This document shows positions 51,894 through 63,778 of a DNA stretch of 64,000 nucleotides, one piece after another; positions within the stretch are counted from its first letter, which is position 1, and every line of letters starts with the position of its first letter. The notes beneath the pieces are model-generated. The model worked only from the letters and a program-made list of their open reading frames with translations. It had not been told where the DNA came from and did no database searches. The DNA comes from Leucoraja ocellata (Eukaryota). The DNA lies in NCBI GenBank assembly GCA_036785375.1, contig JAWMAR010000276.1, positions 1,364,001 to 1,428,000 of the forward strand. Reading direction: 5' to 3'. Both the position numbers and the translations under genes were made by a program.

Positions 51894-54800
51894 GTGAGTG
51901 TTCATCTGAATGGGGAGATTGTGTACATTTGTCATCCACTCGCTGGCTGCTTCTCACAAGTTATGAATCTGATCTTAAAGGCAATTAAGTTTTCTGTTTT
52001 ATTCGTTGCCTAATTTAAGATTGAAGAGTAAACCCTTTGCTCAACAATATAACAAAGATGCTCACACAATTTTTCTTTCATTGCTTATTTGCCTATTGAG
52101 GTGACATTATTCTCCTGCTTTTACCTTCATTTCAATCCTTTTTCCCTTCATTTCATTTTGTAACTAAAGTAATATCTTGTAAAGTGTGATAGAGTCAGTC
52201 GATGTGGAAACATGTCAGTGGATTGGATTTGTGGCATGCTGGAAGCTTTAGCATACCACAGCCAGAGAGCAGTGCTGAACTACTATCTACCTCTTTGGTG
52301 ACTCTCAGACTTTCCTTGTTCGGACTTTGCTGGCTTTACCTTGCACTAAACATTATTCTCTTGTCCTGCACTGTAATACACTGTAAATAAACTGTACACT
52401 GTCTGGCTCAATTGTTATCATGTACTGTCTTTCTATTGACTGGATAGCACGTAACAAAAGTATTTCACTGTGCCTCGGTACACGTGACAATAAACTAAAC
52501 TGAACTCTGTTGGAGCACAGGAAGTTTGGAGGTAGATGACTCCAACTTTATCTGCAAGTTAACGCATGCATTTTCATTTCCTCTATTTTCCCAGCTGAAG
52601 GATCTTTCTCTCGATCCTATGGGATCTTGACTAGAGACATCCTGCTGCCCTGCGCCTTCCATGCTTCATCTAATTTCAATCTGAAAAATCTCATCATCAC
52701 ATGGCAGCGGACAGGCAGTCTCGCCGTGGTTTACAGTTTCTATTCTGGAACAATCCATCCGGAGCATCAGGACAAAGCATTCCTGGACCGCACTCAACTA
52801 TTTCTCTCCGAATTCACCAAAGGGAATGCGAGCCTGAAATTGGAAAGAATGTTGTTATCGGATGTGGGAAACTATACTTGTTTTGTAACTGTAGATGATG
52901 GAATGCCACACATTGAGAACGTGGTGGAACTAAAATTAAATGGTGAGTGCATCTTGTGACAGATAGATCAATGTTTTGTTGTGTAAATTTCATAGAATTG
53001 TAAAGCACAGAAAGGGAATCTTTTGGCTGTCTCATGCCAATGCTATTCTCTGCAAATCCCATTTGTCTGCATTAGACCAGTGTCTTTCCCATCCAAGTAC
53101 CTTTCCAAATGTCTTTCAAACATTGTCATAGTATCACTTTCTACTACTTCCTCTGGAAGCTCATCCCAGATATTGTCATCCTGTGTGTAAACATTCTCAT
53201 CAGATCTCTTTTAAAAGTCTCTCCTCTCACCTTGAACCTGGTTTTTGACTCGACCCGCAATCTTATCCGTCCATTTCCCTCCGTGGATGTCGAGTTTCTC
53301 CTGCATTTTTGTATTTTGATCAAGTTTCCAGCATCTGTCACAACTTGCATCCCCATTAAACCTGTGCCTTCTAGTTCTGGCTCCCTGCGGAAAAAGACTG
53401 ACTATATCCCATTGATATCCAATTTAAACTGGTAGAGGCAGAATCCCCGGTTGTCTGGCATTCCAGTGAGTGAAAAACCAGCCTTTCCATTTTCTCATTA
53501 TAATTACAGTCCACTATTCTGGGCGACATGTGCTGAATATCTTGTGAATGCTTTTACAATAACAATTCCTGTAACGTGACAACTGGAACTGCACTCAGTA
53601 TTCCAAATGCAGTGTAAGCAGTGTTTAGTACAGCTCCAACATGATGTTCCAACTCTTGCAGTCATTGCCCTGGCCTATGAAAGCAAAGAGACCATCTGAT
53701 TTGTGTTTTGCTATCTCTGGTGATAGGATTGGAAGTGCAAGTGAATAAGTGCCTCATCTAGGAAGTCTGTATCCCTGGACAGTGGGAAGGGAAGAGATGA
53801 AAAAGCAGGTTTTGCAACTTCTGCGATTGCATGAGAGAGTTTCCCAATCTTGGGAGCGATTGATAATACAGAAGACCGGACCAGGGCAATACATATAATG
53901 TAAAACAGTGCAGCACAGGAACAGGATATTCGGCCTGCAAGGTCCACGCCAAACATGATGTCAGGTTAAAATAACTGCCCTCTGCCTGCACTCAAACTTT
54001 CTTCAAAATGCTGAAAAGGGAGGAGAGGAAAGTAGTCTGAAGAAGGGTCTCGACCCGAAACGTCACCCATTCATTCTCTCCAGAGATGCTGCCTGTCCTG
54101 CTGAGTTACTCCAGCATTTTGTGTCTACCTTCGATTTAAACCAGCATCTGCAGTTCTTTCCTGCACAGAGGAAAATATATGTTTGGTGGTCAAGTCTTGT
54201 TGGAGCTGCTGGAATTGGCAAAGATGATCCATTGAACAGAGAGACAACTGGGTCCAGGGAACTCTGTTGTGTAGGAAGGAACTGCAGTTGCTGGTTTACA
54301 CCAATGATCGACACAAAAAGCTGGAGCAACTCAGTGGGTCGGGCAGCATCTCTGGAGAAAAGGAATAGGTGACGTTTCAGATCGAGACCTTTCTGTTCAG
54401 ACTGCAATATCAGTTTGTCGCTCGCCAATCCCTGAACTGACAACAGAGATCCAGAAAGAGAAGGGGAGTGTCAGATGCTGTAAATTGGAAGCAAAAATGG
54501 AAGGCATTTGAGTTGTGCCTGAGTGCAGGAAGCAGCACTGATATAATCGTCGATGTACTAGAAGATGAGTTGAGGGGTGTGCCAGAGTTGCCCCAAAACA
54601 GTGATAGCTTCCTATATCCCACAAAAAGACAGGCATAGCTTAGCCCATGTGAACTGCACTGTTGATCTGGAGACTATGGTCATGGTCCATTTGTGACAGG
54701 TTTGTATCGTGTGAGCACTTGTTGCTTATAAAAAATTGTATTCAAAATAGAAGACTTACACTACTATTACACTTGCAATAAAAAAAGGGTCCATCAGATT

Positions 54801-57800
54801 TTCACAATTCTGTTCCCAAATGCAAATTATAAAATTAATTACATTATAATATATCTTGATTTGAAAATGTGGTTTAGCTCAATTCTTAATTGAACACTAA
54901 CCATTTGTTTTTTTTTGTGTTCTGAACATCGTAGATATATCGGAGAATAATACATGCGGTGGCACCGATCCAGCTTCAGAAAGGAAAAAGGTTGTACTCA
55001 TACTTCCATTGCTACTTGTCATTTTAATTGCAGTTGGAATTTTGCATTGGCAAATGAAAAACAAGGAGAAACCAGATATTGAAGAGAGTGAGTAAAATGT
55101 TTAGGATTTTGGCCATTAATCACACAAACTGAATACCTATTCGAGAATGTGTTCAGAACACTGCATTGGGAATGGATTTCTAGGCACTTTCAGCCATAGT
55201 GTATATGACATCCTTTGAGAGGAACATGTTCTAACATGTGGTTTATTCTATTTCTTTTTAGTGATTCATTTACTGGAAGACAATATAAAAGGTAAAGAAC
55301 CAACCTCTGTTGAGATTTTCTTAAGTTATGCAGACTTACCTACGTGGAGCTGGCCGGCTTCGGGGCGTGGAGAGCGGCGGTGGCACGTTGATGCGACCCG
55401 GCTCCAGTGGATGGTAACACCGGGAGCTCGCGGATCCCCGGTGGGAGACTGCTTTGCGGGGCACCGGCAGCGGCGACTTCTCCAGCCCGAATTGCGGGGT
55501 TGAGAGTGACCTGGAGGGGGGCCCTACAACGCCCTGCGCGGCCTTAATTTGCCGCGGACTAGCGCCCGCCGGGGGCTTTGACCTCGACTTCGGGAGGGAA
55601 ATGGAGTGCAGGGGAGAGACAAGAACTTTGCCTTCCATCACAGTGAGGAGGAGAGCCACTGTGATGGATGTTTATGTGAATAGTGTTGATGTGTGTTTTG
55701 GTTCTTTTATTGTATTGTATGGCTGCAGAAACTACATTTTGTTTGAACCTCATGTGAGGTTCAAATGACAAATAAAGGTATTGTATATTGTATATAGTTT
55801 CTGCCCACAATAGTAGAAGTGGTCTCCTTGTCCACTACTGGAATCTGCCATGGAATTCAGCCTTATTTCACCCTTCAGAAGGGTGTGAAATAATTGTTTT
55901 TAGAATGTGGTCGTTGAATGAATAAAATAATTAAATATGAATTTTGAAAGAAAGAACATACAAAATATATATAAAATCCAGACCTGTTTGAGCAAAGTAT
56001 CTTAACAATAAATTAATTTTATTCTTTTCAGGAAGCCCATCCAGTCTCACAGCTCATTCAGCAGCTTGACCTTTTAAGCCACATCAGGCTAGAATGGCAG
56101 ATAACTGAAATTATTGATGCAGATGGAATTTGACGGCAGTCTTGTCACTTCCTCATCACCTTTACTGAGATTGTTTGAATCTTCAATTCCACAGCTGCTG
56201 TGGTGGGATTTAGGCTGATGTCACTTGATCAATGGTCCAAGCCTGTAGATGTTAATCACTATGCCAGCATACTCCACTGCTTGCCCTACTCCTCTCTGTA
56301 CAGCCTCATAGTGAACCTTGACACCATTGGTTCAATCAGTGTCCCTCACCCCTTGGTTTGGTGTAATCATATAGTGACCAAAGTAGAGTCCCACCAGTAT
56401 GTCCTGAATGGTACCGTAGTGTTGGGTGCAAGGATAGTCCCTTGTTTCTCACTCCGTTTTGCTGCCCTCCAAACCATGGATCCATTCTACAATGGAGTTG
56501 CATGCTGGAAGACCATAATCTAGCCATTGAGTATTATTTGGCAGGAGCATCATCATTCTGCATCATCCCCAAGCACCCAGGAATCCAAGGTTCACCTTCA
56601 AACTGTATCAGATTTTATTATGTGAAATATTTCCATAATATGGATATTTTGAACTGTGTAACAAAGTGCCAACCAAAAGCTGGTGTAGATGATGAATGGA
56701 AAATCTGCAAGATTTTAATACCTGTGTCAGCAGGGCATACTGACCAACAGTTGGCAAATGGAATAGTATAGGTGGTTACTTGATGATTGGCATGTACAAG
56801 GTGGGCTGAAGAGCTTAAACCTGAAGCGATGTGGGAATTCTTAAAGGGGATCAGCAACTTGATGGATATCTGATGCTCACAGTTCTCACATTTTGTTAAT
56901 CCATGATAATAAAATACTTGCTCGTTCTGAGAAATGTGTTTTTTTTCCTTCAGATGCCATTCTGAATTATAAAGAGTACATCTTGAAAGATAAAATGCAT
57001 TTATGTTGTTCATTAACACAACGGCGAATCGAAAACTATTCGGTTGCCAGAACCATCAATGTTACCAACTTGAAGGAACAAGACCCAGACGTTGATCTTA
57101 TCAGGAGCGATGACTCAAATATTGCACAAGAAGTACAAATTTCACAACTGCTGTCATTGCTTCGGAAAGAAAACTTCTCAAAGCGAGTCCTGCTGGTAGG
57201 TGATGCAGGAGTAGGGAAGAGTTGGACTGTTGTCAGCATGGAGCAAGAGTGGGCATCTCAACCAACCCACCCCTTGAGGTGCGTCTTTGTTCTCAGATTC
57301 CGTGACTTGAATGAGGTTAAAGGAAAGACATCTCTCCGGGATCTGCTGAAGAAGCATTGCACACCTTTGTCATCAGTCCTAACAGAACTCCTCTCGAACC
57401 CTCAAGATGTGTTGATCATTTTGGACGGGCTGGATGAATTCGCCCATCAGTTGCAATGGAATCCATCAGGCTGTGATTTCAACCTGGATAGTGAGGCTGA
57501 AGTAGGTGTTCTTGTTTCCAACCTAATATCCAAGAACCTCCTTCGAGAAGCCCAGGTGTTGGTTACCTCCCGGTGGAATACCAAGCAGATAGAATTTAAC
57601 AAGAAGTACTTTGATCAGCTTTTTGTTATCTCTGGCTTTACCAATGATCAGCTGAAAAGATATTGTGAGGTGTTTTGTGGAGAGAAGCAAAAGGCGGAAG
57701 AAATGTTTCAACGCATTACAGAGAATGCAACCATCAAATGTCTGGCTTCCAATCCCCTCAACAGCTTCATTCTGTGCAATATTTTGGACAAGTGTACCAG

Positions 57801-60800
57801 CTGTCAACGAGCGACTGCAAATGTACCAGTGACAAATAGCAAAGTGTTTACATTGTTGCTGTACAGTCTGTGTAACTGCAGCACGAGTAAAGAAACAGAC
57901 GCTGAGAATAAGAGTGAAGAGGAGAAGCAATTGTTTAAAGACACCATCCTGAAACTGGGAGAACTATCCTTCAACTCTCTGCTATCAGGGAAACTTAAAA
58001 TAAATGTGACTGATCTGAAGACCTATGGAATAGACCCAGACATCCTTTCAAAATATCTCTCAAATCTTGTGCTGGGCTGTAAATGCCAAGGAGTCTTTGA
58101 GTTCCACCATGCATTGCTGAAGGAACAATTTGCAGCTTTGTATTGTGCTACTTTACTCAACAATGAAGCTGAAGAGTTGGTCAAGTGTCTGGATCTGTGG
58201 TGCTTTGGGAAAAGGCCACTAAATCAAATGAGCCAATTTTATTTGCAATCTTTTCAACCTGACCACACAGAGAAACTGTACAATTTTCTGAGGTTTCTCA
58301 CTGGCTTCTTAACCGCAGGAAGAGATGGCAAGTTGTGGAACTATACAACTCCTCTCCCCCCTTCTACAGCCAGAGCTCTCACAACATGGTTCAAAAACAG
58401 CTTTCAGCGAGACATTAAGAAGGCAGAATTGCTGAATTTGATGCACTGTCTCTTTGAACTGAATGATGCCACTGTAACGGCAGAAGTATCTCCTTGCATC
58501 CGAGATGTGGATTTTCACAACGTTTCTCTGAGCCCACTCGATCTGCGTGCTTTGTGCTACTGTCTCAATCATTCCACCGTGGAGGAGATGGATTTGAGGC
58601 ACTGTAGCATTGGTGATAAAGGAATAAAGCAGCTCCAAGAAATACTAGTCAAGTGCAGAACTCTTCTGTGAGTAATGATTTTCAACAGAATATTAAGCTC
58701 CAGTTGCACTAATCTACCTTCTTGCATGCACAATGTTTGTCGACATGTTTTATATCTTTGTCACATTTTATGCCCTGCATGTCCTGATTTATTCTAGCCC
58801 AGCTAATATTTGTGCCTGAAAGTTGTAATGAAATATATACAAATGGAGATACTACTCTTCAAGACTAGAATGGAAACAATTTGTGCAATTATCTCCCTCA
58901 CCTACATTGTTCTATGGTAACCCCACCCTCCTCCAATGTTGCCCTGTGGAGCCACAGAGCTGCATTATAATAACCACAAGGGCAGGGATTTAATTATATG
59001 CATTCATTCTAGTTGTTGCTCTTATGAATACACTTGCATTGATCACTATAAAAAGACTTGGGGGCGGTTTGCTTTATCTGCAAATACACCTGTTGGGGGT
59101 TTGACCTTTCTGTAAATCTTGCCCCACCCCATTTCCAACGCAGCAGTGTCAATGGACAGGTATTCATAAATCTAGAGGAACAGCATCTCCTATCTCACCT
59201 GGGTGGTCTACAACCTAATGGCATCAAATTCATGTAACCCCTCTGTCTATTTGTTGTCTCATGATACACCTAGATTATCTGTATGTCACTGTATGTCATG
59301 TTGTTACTTGTGGGTGGAGCACCTAGGCTAATTCCTTGTATGTGAATACTTGGCCAATAAACTTACTAACTTACTTACTTGTCTCATATGCCCCTTCTTT
59401 TCAAACCCAACCCCTCTTTCAGTTTCTGTAATCACCCTACCCCATCCCAAATGATTCCATCTGTGTACACACCCACTTGATTTCCCAATTCCCTCCACTG
59501 TTCCCCTTTTGCCCACTATCCCACCCTAATGTGGTTCCACTCACCATTATCCTTTCTTATCAGATTCTATAATCTACCCATGTACCCATTATCACCTCCT
59601 CAGCTTCAGGTTCATCTCAGCATTCCTCATCTGGGCCCACCTATTACTTAAGGACACAAAGTGCTGGGGCAACTCAGCAGGTCAGGCAGCATCTTTGGAG
59701 AACACGGATCGCTGACATTTCAGTTCGGGACCCCACTACAGACTGATCATTAGTTTGAAGAAGAATCCTGACATGAAACATAATCTATTACGTTCTCCAG
59801 AGATGCTGCCTGACCTGCTGAGTTACTACAGCATTTTGTGTTCTTTTGTGTAAATCGGCATCTACAGTTCCTTGTTTCCTCTTTTACTGTACCACTCTAC
59901 TGCTTTTTTTTTAATTGCTGTTTTTTTCCCTTTTTCCTTCCGCCCACAATATCTAAAAGAATATGTGATTCTGTTCCATTCTGTTTGTAGTTTGTTTGTT
60001 TGTTTGTCTTTTTGCACAAAGTCCGCGAGCATTGCCACTTTTCATTTCACTGCACATCTCGTATGTGTATGTGACGATTAAACTTGACGACTTGACTTGA
60101 CTTTATGCTCTAAATCCTCGACCGCAAACATCGACTGTCTGTCTGCCGCCACTGATGCTGCTTAACCCGCTGAGTTCCTCCACCAGTTCATTTTTGCTCC
60201 AGATTCCTGCGTTTGCTGTCTCTTGTATATCCAAATATCCAAACATTGATTATTATCAACAAGGTTGAATTGATTTTGTGTATTAGAAAGTGCTCAAGCA
60301 GAAACAAAGGAGCTCTTAAACTATGTAATTACCTGAAGTCATTTTAAGCCCCATTTGCACTATCGTTCAAAAATCATTGCCCAGACACACGTGTTAGACT
60401 AAGGTTAGACTCTGCACTCCCAGCAGTGCCATAACTGTTTATTTTGCAGCTACCTTTGCAGGCAGCAGTTTGTGAGGATTGTGTTCTGTCCCCAGGCACT
60501 CAGGTCTCTAATTGTTTTCAACGTCTTGTGTTTCCAGGGTAAGCTCCAACAAACTGACTGTAGAGTCAGCAAAGAGTTTGAGTGCCGTCCTTGAAGACCC
60601 AAAGTGCAGGATTGAGACATTATCGTGAGATTTTTCATCACATAAATCCTCTTGTAAAATTCTCCAAGTTTCTATAGAGCTTCTAATCGCTGACATTTGC
60701 CATTTGGTTCCGTTTTCAGGTGTGGTACAAACTCTTTTGGTTCGGCGGGGGCTCAGATTCTGTGGAAAGCTCTGGCACAAAACAGAAGTCTCAAAATCCT

Positions 60801-62396
60801 TCGCCTGTATGACAATGGGATCACAGTTGAAGGCACAGAGAACATGACTCAGTACCTGACATGCAACAAAACTCTCCAGAAACTCTTGTAAGTAGCTGGT
60901 AGATGTGAGAACATAAGCAGTATATTTGATAAATGCTCACACGGATTGGTTTGTGTGCAATTATGTTGGCGTTGGTGAGTTTGAGATGTGTTATGTAAAT
61001 GTGAACATGTAGAAACAAGGTGCGGCAGATGCTAGTTTACCCGGGAAAGACACAAAAAGCTGGAGTTATGCAGCGGGTCGGGCAGCATTCCTGGAGAACA
61101 TGGAAAAGTAACGTTTTGGGACAAGACCCTTTGCTCAGACTGATTAGTCTGAAGAAGTGCCCCGACCTGCAGGTTTGATGAATCTGATTGATCAGTTTGA
61201 TCTGATTGATCAATTCAGACTGATTAAACTGAAGAAGGGTCCCGACTAGTAATATTATATATCCATGTTCTCCAGGGATGCTGACTGACCAGCTGAGTTA
61301 CTCCAACATTTTGTGTCTTTCCTTGTATAAATGTGGCTTTTTTTTTCTTTCCCAGTCTCCATAGGACCCTCTACCACACAAGGAACACTGCTGTTCCAGG
61401 CATGACCGTATGTTTTTGTTTCAGTGTGAAGGAGCGGCAGGAAAGGAGCAATGATGGAGAGAGCATTCTAACTCAAGACTGTGGCTGAATCACCATTAGC
61501 AATTGCACTAAGATTAGCTGGCAAAGATTACGCCTTTCGGAAGGAACTGGGCACATTCTTAATTGAGTAATAAATAAAAGAAACGAGTTGTGGGTTTGGA
61601 AATAGTTTAGATCAGTAAAAGGAAATTAGGATATAAGGGAACATGTTCAAATTTTCAAATAGGAATAATAATATTTGAAGAAGAAACATTTGCATGGATA
61701 AGAGAAAGAGTAGAAAGAGTGAGCAAGTACAAAGCTCCCTATATGTCTGCACAGTCAGGATGCTGAATGGCCACTTCCTCATTGTAGAATTTGATGATTA
61801 TTAAGACAACGTGAATGAGATGGTTGGAATTTATTTTTCTAATTCCTGATTTAAATACGATTGAAGCATTCACTAATTTTCATTGCCTTGTTGCTTTCAG
61901 TTTGTGTGCAAACAAACTTGATGACCTTGAACAGAAAAACATTCAACAAGTCGAAAAGCTGTGTCACGGGCTAAAGATCATCACTAAAATCAGAGACGAT
62001 GAAGAGCTCTTACTCCGAGTTGAAAGTCATGTTCAAATGCTTGCCTCCCTTGAGCAGAGTTACGGCACAGAGTGGCTGTGCAAACTATTGAAATCCATTC
62101 TGAAAGACCTGGGAGATGAGAGTACCATACCCGATGTGGACACACGGGTAAGGATAGGAAAGATAAAAGCAAATATTAACAAATATCTTCAGATGAACAA
62201 AGTCACCATAATTGATGTTCCAGACACGGAGAATGTGTTGCAGCTCCATACCCCTGCACCACTTCCTCGAAACAACTTCCTTAAACGTTTCTTTTCTACG
62301 TCACAGTGGTGCAGCGGTAGAGTTGCTGCCTTACAGCGAATGTATCGCCGGAGACCCGGGTTCTGTCTACACGGAGTTTGTACGTTCTCCCCGTGA
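51839..62396 (+). CDS. Predicted membrane-anchored NLR: signal peptide - B7-family IgV - TM - NACHT - LRR - C-terminal non-LRR domain, 1016 aa, 8 coding exons
   Basis: join 51839-51893, 52595-52942, 54935-55087, 55262-55291, 56954-58667, 60538-60624, 60720-60887, 61901-62396 = 3051 nt; all GT-AG, phases 1,1,1,1,2,2,2, uninterrupted frame. The 55291-56954 junction is inferred, not shown by a transcript. Confidence 0.75.
52595..52942 (+). CDS. B7/butyrophilin-family IgV exon (CD276/VTCN1/HHLA2-like)
   Basis: DILLPCAF...LIITWQR...VVYSFY...EHQDKAFLDRTQLFLSEFTKGNASLKL...SDVGNYTCFV; 348 nt, phase 1-1. Confidence 0.93.
54037..54064 (+). ncRNA. Minimal hammerhead ribozyme core in a Penelope-derived repeat (best + strand copy)
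   Basis: CUGAAGA-A-GGGUC-UC-GACCC-GAAA-CGUC; matches CUGANGA...GAAA...UH. Confidence 0.55.
54935..55087 (+). CDS. Stalk plus transmembrane exon
   Basis: ...RKKVVLILPLLLVILIAVGILHWQMKNKEK...; cgtag and gtgagt; 153 nt, phase 1-1. Confidence 0.85.
55262..55291 (+). CDS. 30-nt cytoplasmic mini-exon (MIHLLEDNIK)
   Basis: tttctttttag and G|gtaaag; phase 1-1, frame-preserving. Confidence 0.7.
55336..55795 (+). mobile_element. GC-rich non-autonomous non-LTR element (family of 6612-7443)
   Basis: gccgggggctttgac...ccttccatcacag...ggctgcagaaac...aaatgacaaataaa with (tattgta)n tail. Confidence 0.65.
56032..56069 (+). CDS. Candidate alternative terminal exon (GSPSSLTAHSAA*) giving a short IgV-TM isoform
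   Basis: strong acceptor ttttattcttttcag, phase 1, TGA at 56067-56069, AATAAA at 56908. Confidence 0.45.
56954..58667 (+). CDS. NACHT exon (NBD, HD1, winged helix, HD2, first LRR-like repeats)
   Basis: Walker A GDAGVGKS, Walker B LIILDGLDEF, sensor-1 VLVTSR, WH FEFHHALLKEQFAALY; acceptor ttttttttccttcag phase 1, donor CT|gtgagt phase 2. Confidence 0.95.
60538..60624 (+). CDS. LRR exon (one 29-aa RI-like repeat)
   Basis: VSSNKLTVESAKSLSAVLEDPKCRIETL; 87 nt, phase 2-2. Confidence 0.88.
60720..60887 (+). CDS. LRR exon (two 28-aa repeats)
   Basis: CGTNSFGSAGAQILWKALAQNRSLKILRLYDNGITVEG...NKTLQKL; 168 nt, phase 2-2. Confidence 0.9.
61901..62396 (+). CDS. Terminal exon: last LRR/cap plus non-LRR tail; last 31 aa SINE-derived
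   Basis: ttgctttcag, phase 2; FLCANKLDD... open to TGA 62396. Confidence 0.8.
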
Positions 62397-62480
62397 CCTG
62401 CATGGGTTTTCTCCGAGATTCGGTTTACTCCCACGGTCCAAAGATGTACAGGTTTCTATGTTAATTGGTTTAGTAAATGT
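62300..62480 (+). mobile_element. HE1-like V-SINE overlapping the end of the NLR reading frame
   Basis: cacagtggtgcagcggtagagttgctgcc...gagtttgtacgttctccccgtgacctgc as in other copies in the window. Confidence 0.8.
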
Positions 62481-62739
62481 TTTTTAAAAAATTAAAGCTT
62501 TTCGAAGGAAAAATTAAAATACTGGCAGAATTATTTCTGCTAGTATTTTTCAAATAAAGAGGTCCCATAAAGTGGGCAAATAACACAATATAAGATATTG
62601 GGTTGTCAGCACGCAATATCCAACATTTTCATATATTTTATATTTCATATATCCAACATCCACATATTTTCTTACGGTGGTTGTATTTCTTTCAATGCGT
62701 CTTTTCTTAATTTCCCAATTATTTGAGAGTTAATTATGT

Positions 62740-63778
62740 GGGTATGTTACAAAACCTACCTGAATCGTCATTGAGAATCTGCCCCAGGCCGTGTGCGCGA
62801 TTTTGGCGCTGTTTAGAGGGGGCGGGTTTAAAACGCGATTTTTACTAGGCTGTTCCAATCGAAGATGTTCAGCCTAGTAAATCATTAACGAAAAATCGCA
62901 GAAAGATCCCGTCGCAAAAGGTATTATTAGTTTTTATGGCCTTGTATAATAGTTATAGTAGTTTAAAAATCACTCTCTAAACCTGCGACCTCTCGCAGCC
63001 CCAGGGTTTTATAAAGTAAACAATTAAAGGTATGTACTTTATTTTTACACTAAAAGGGGCTTCTTATGAACCCTGTATATAAAGTTTTCTATAGCGAGTA
63101 GCTTATTTTGGGCTCTTTATATGCCGCAGTATTTTTCTGGGTATTTGAGGACACAAATCCAGCGCAATGTGAACGTTCTAAACCAGCGCGTTCACAGGAT
63201 CCCACTAGAAAGCCGATTTAAAATGGACTTTAATTTACAGCAATTGAACACTAAATTCCTTCCATTTGGCCTATAAATTGATGTAAATGAGATTTAAAAA
63301 TCATGTTTTGTTGTGAATTATTGGTGAATATTATTTGGACACTTAGGCTATTTAAAAATGTTAATCATTTATTAAGAAATGGATAGATGTTTAGATCTAG
63401 TAATTGAAGTTTGAAATTTGCTACACTTGGGTAACTAACTAATTATATGCTTTAATTTCAGGTCATCCAAGTTAGATTATTTTATGTTTGTTTCAGAATG
63501 GTTCAATCTACGATAACTGAAAATTTCATTCAGTTCTCTTAATTTTTAAGAAGGTTATGGCCTTTTGACAGCACGCGATCACAGCTTTTTTGTTATGTCC
63601 ATAGAAAATCAATAGGGAACAAGATGCTAATTTCCGAGTATGAAAATGGCCACAACTTTTTAAATACTTGAGATATGAAAGTGAATTAGGTGTCAAATTA
63701 AACTTCTTTTTATACTTTATCTGATGGGATAAATTACAGACTTGATTTTTTTAAATCTCAAAATGTTGTAACATTGCT
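62740..63778. mobile_element. Probable non-autonomous DNA transposon
   Basis: imperfect TIRs (ATGTTACAA ... TTGTAACAT); flanks taattatgt / aaattatgc resemble a decayed 9-bp TSD. Confidence 0.45.

Noticed and set aside
56893-56953. ORF-track N-terminus of the 592-aa NACHT ORF
   Set aside because: Starts at a non-ATG codon and runs through a polypyrimidine acceptor; treated as intron.
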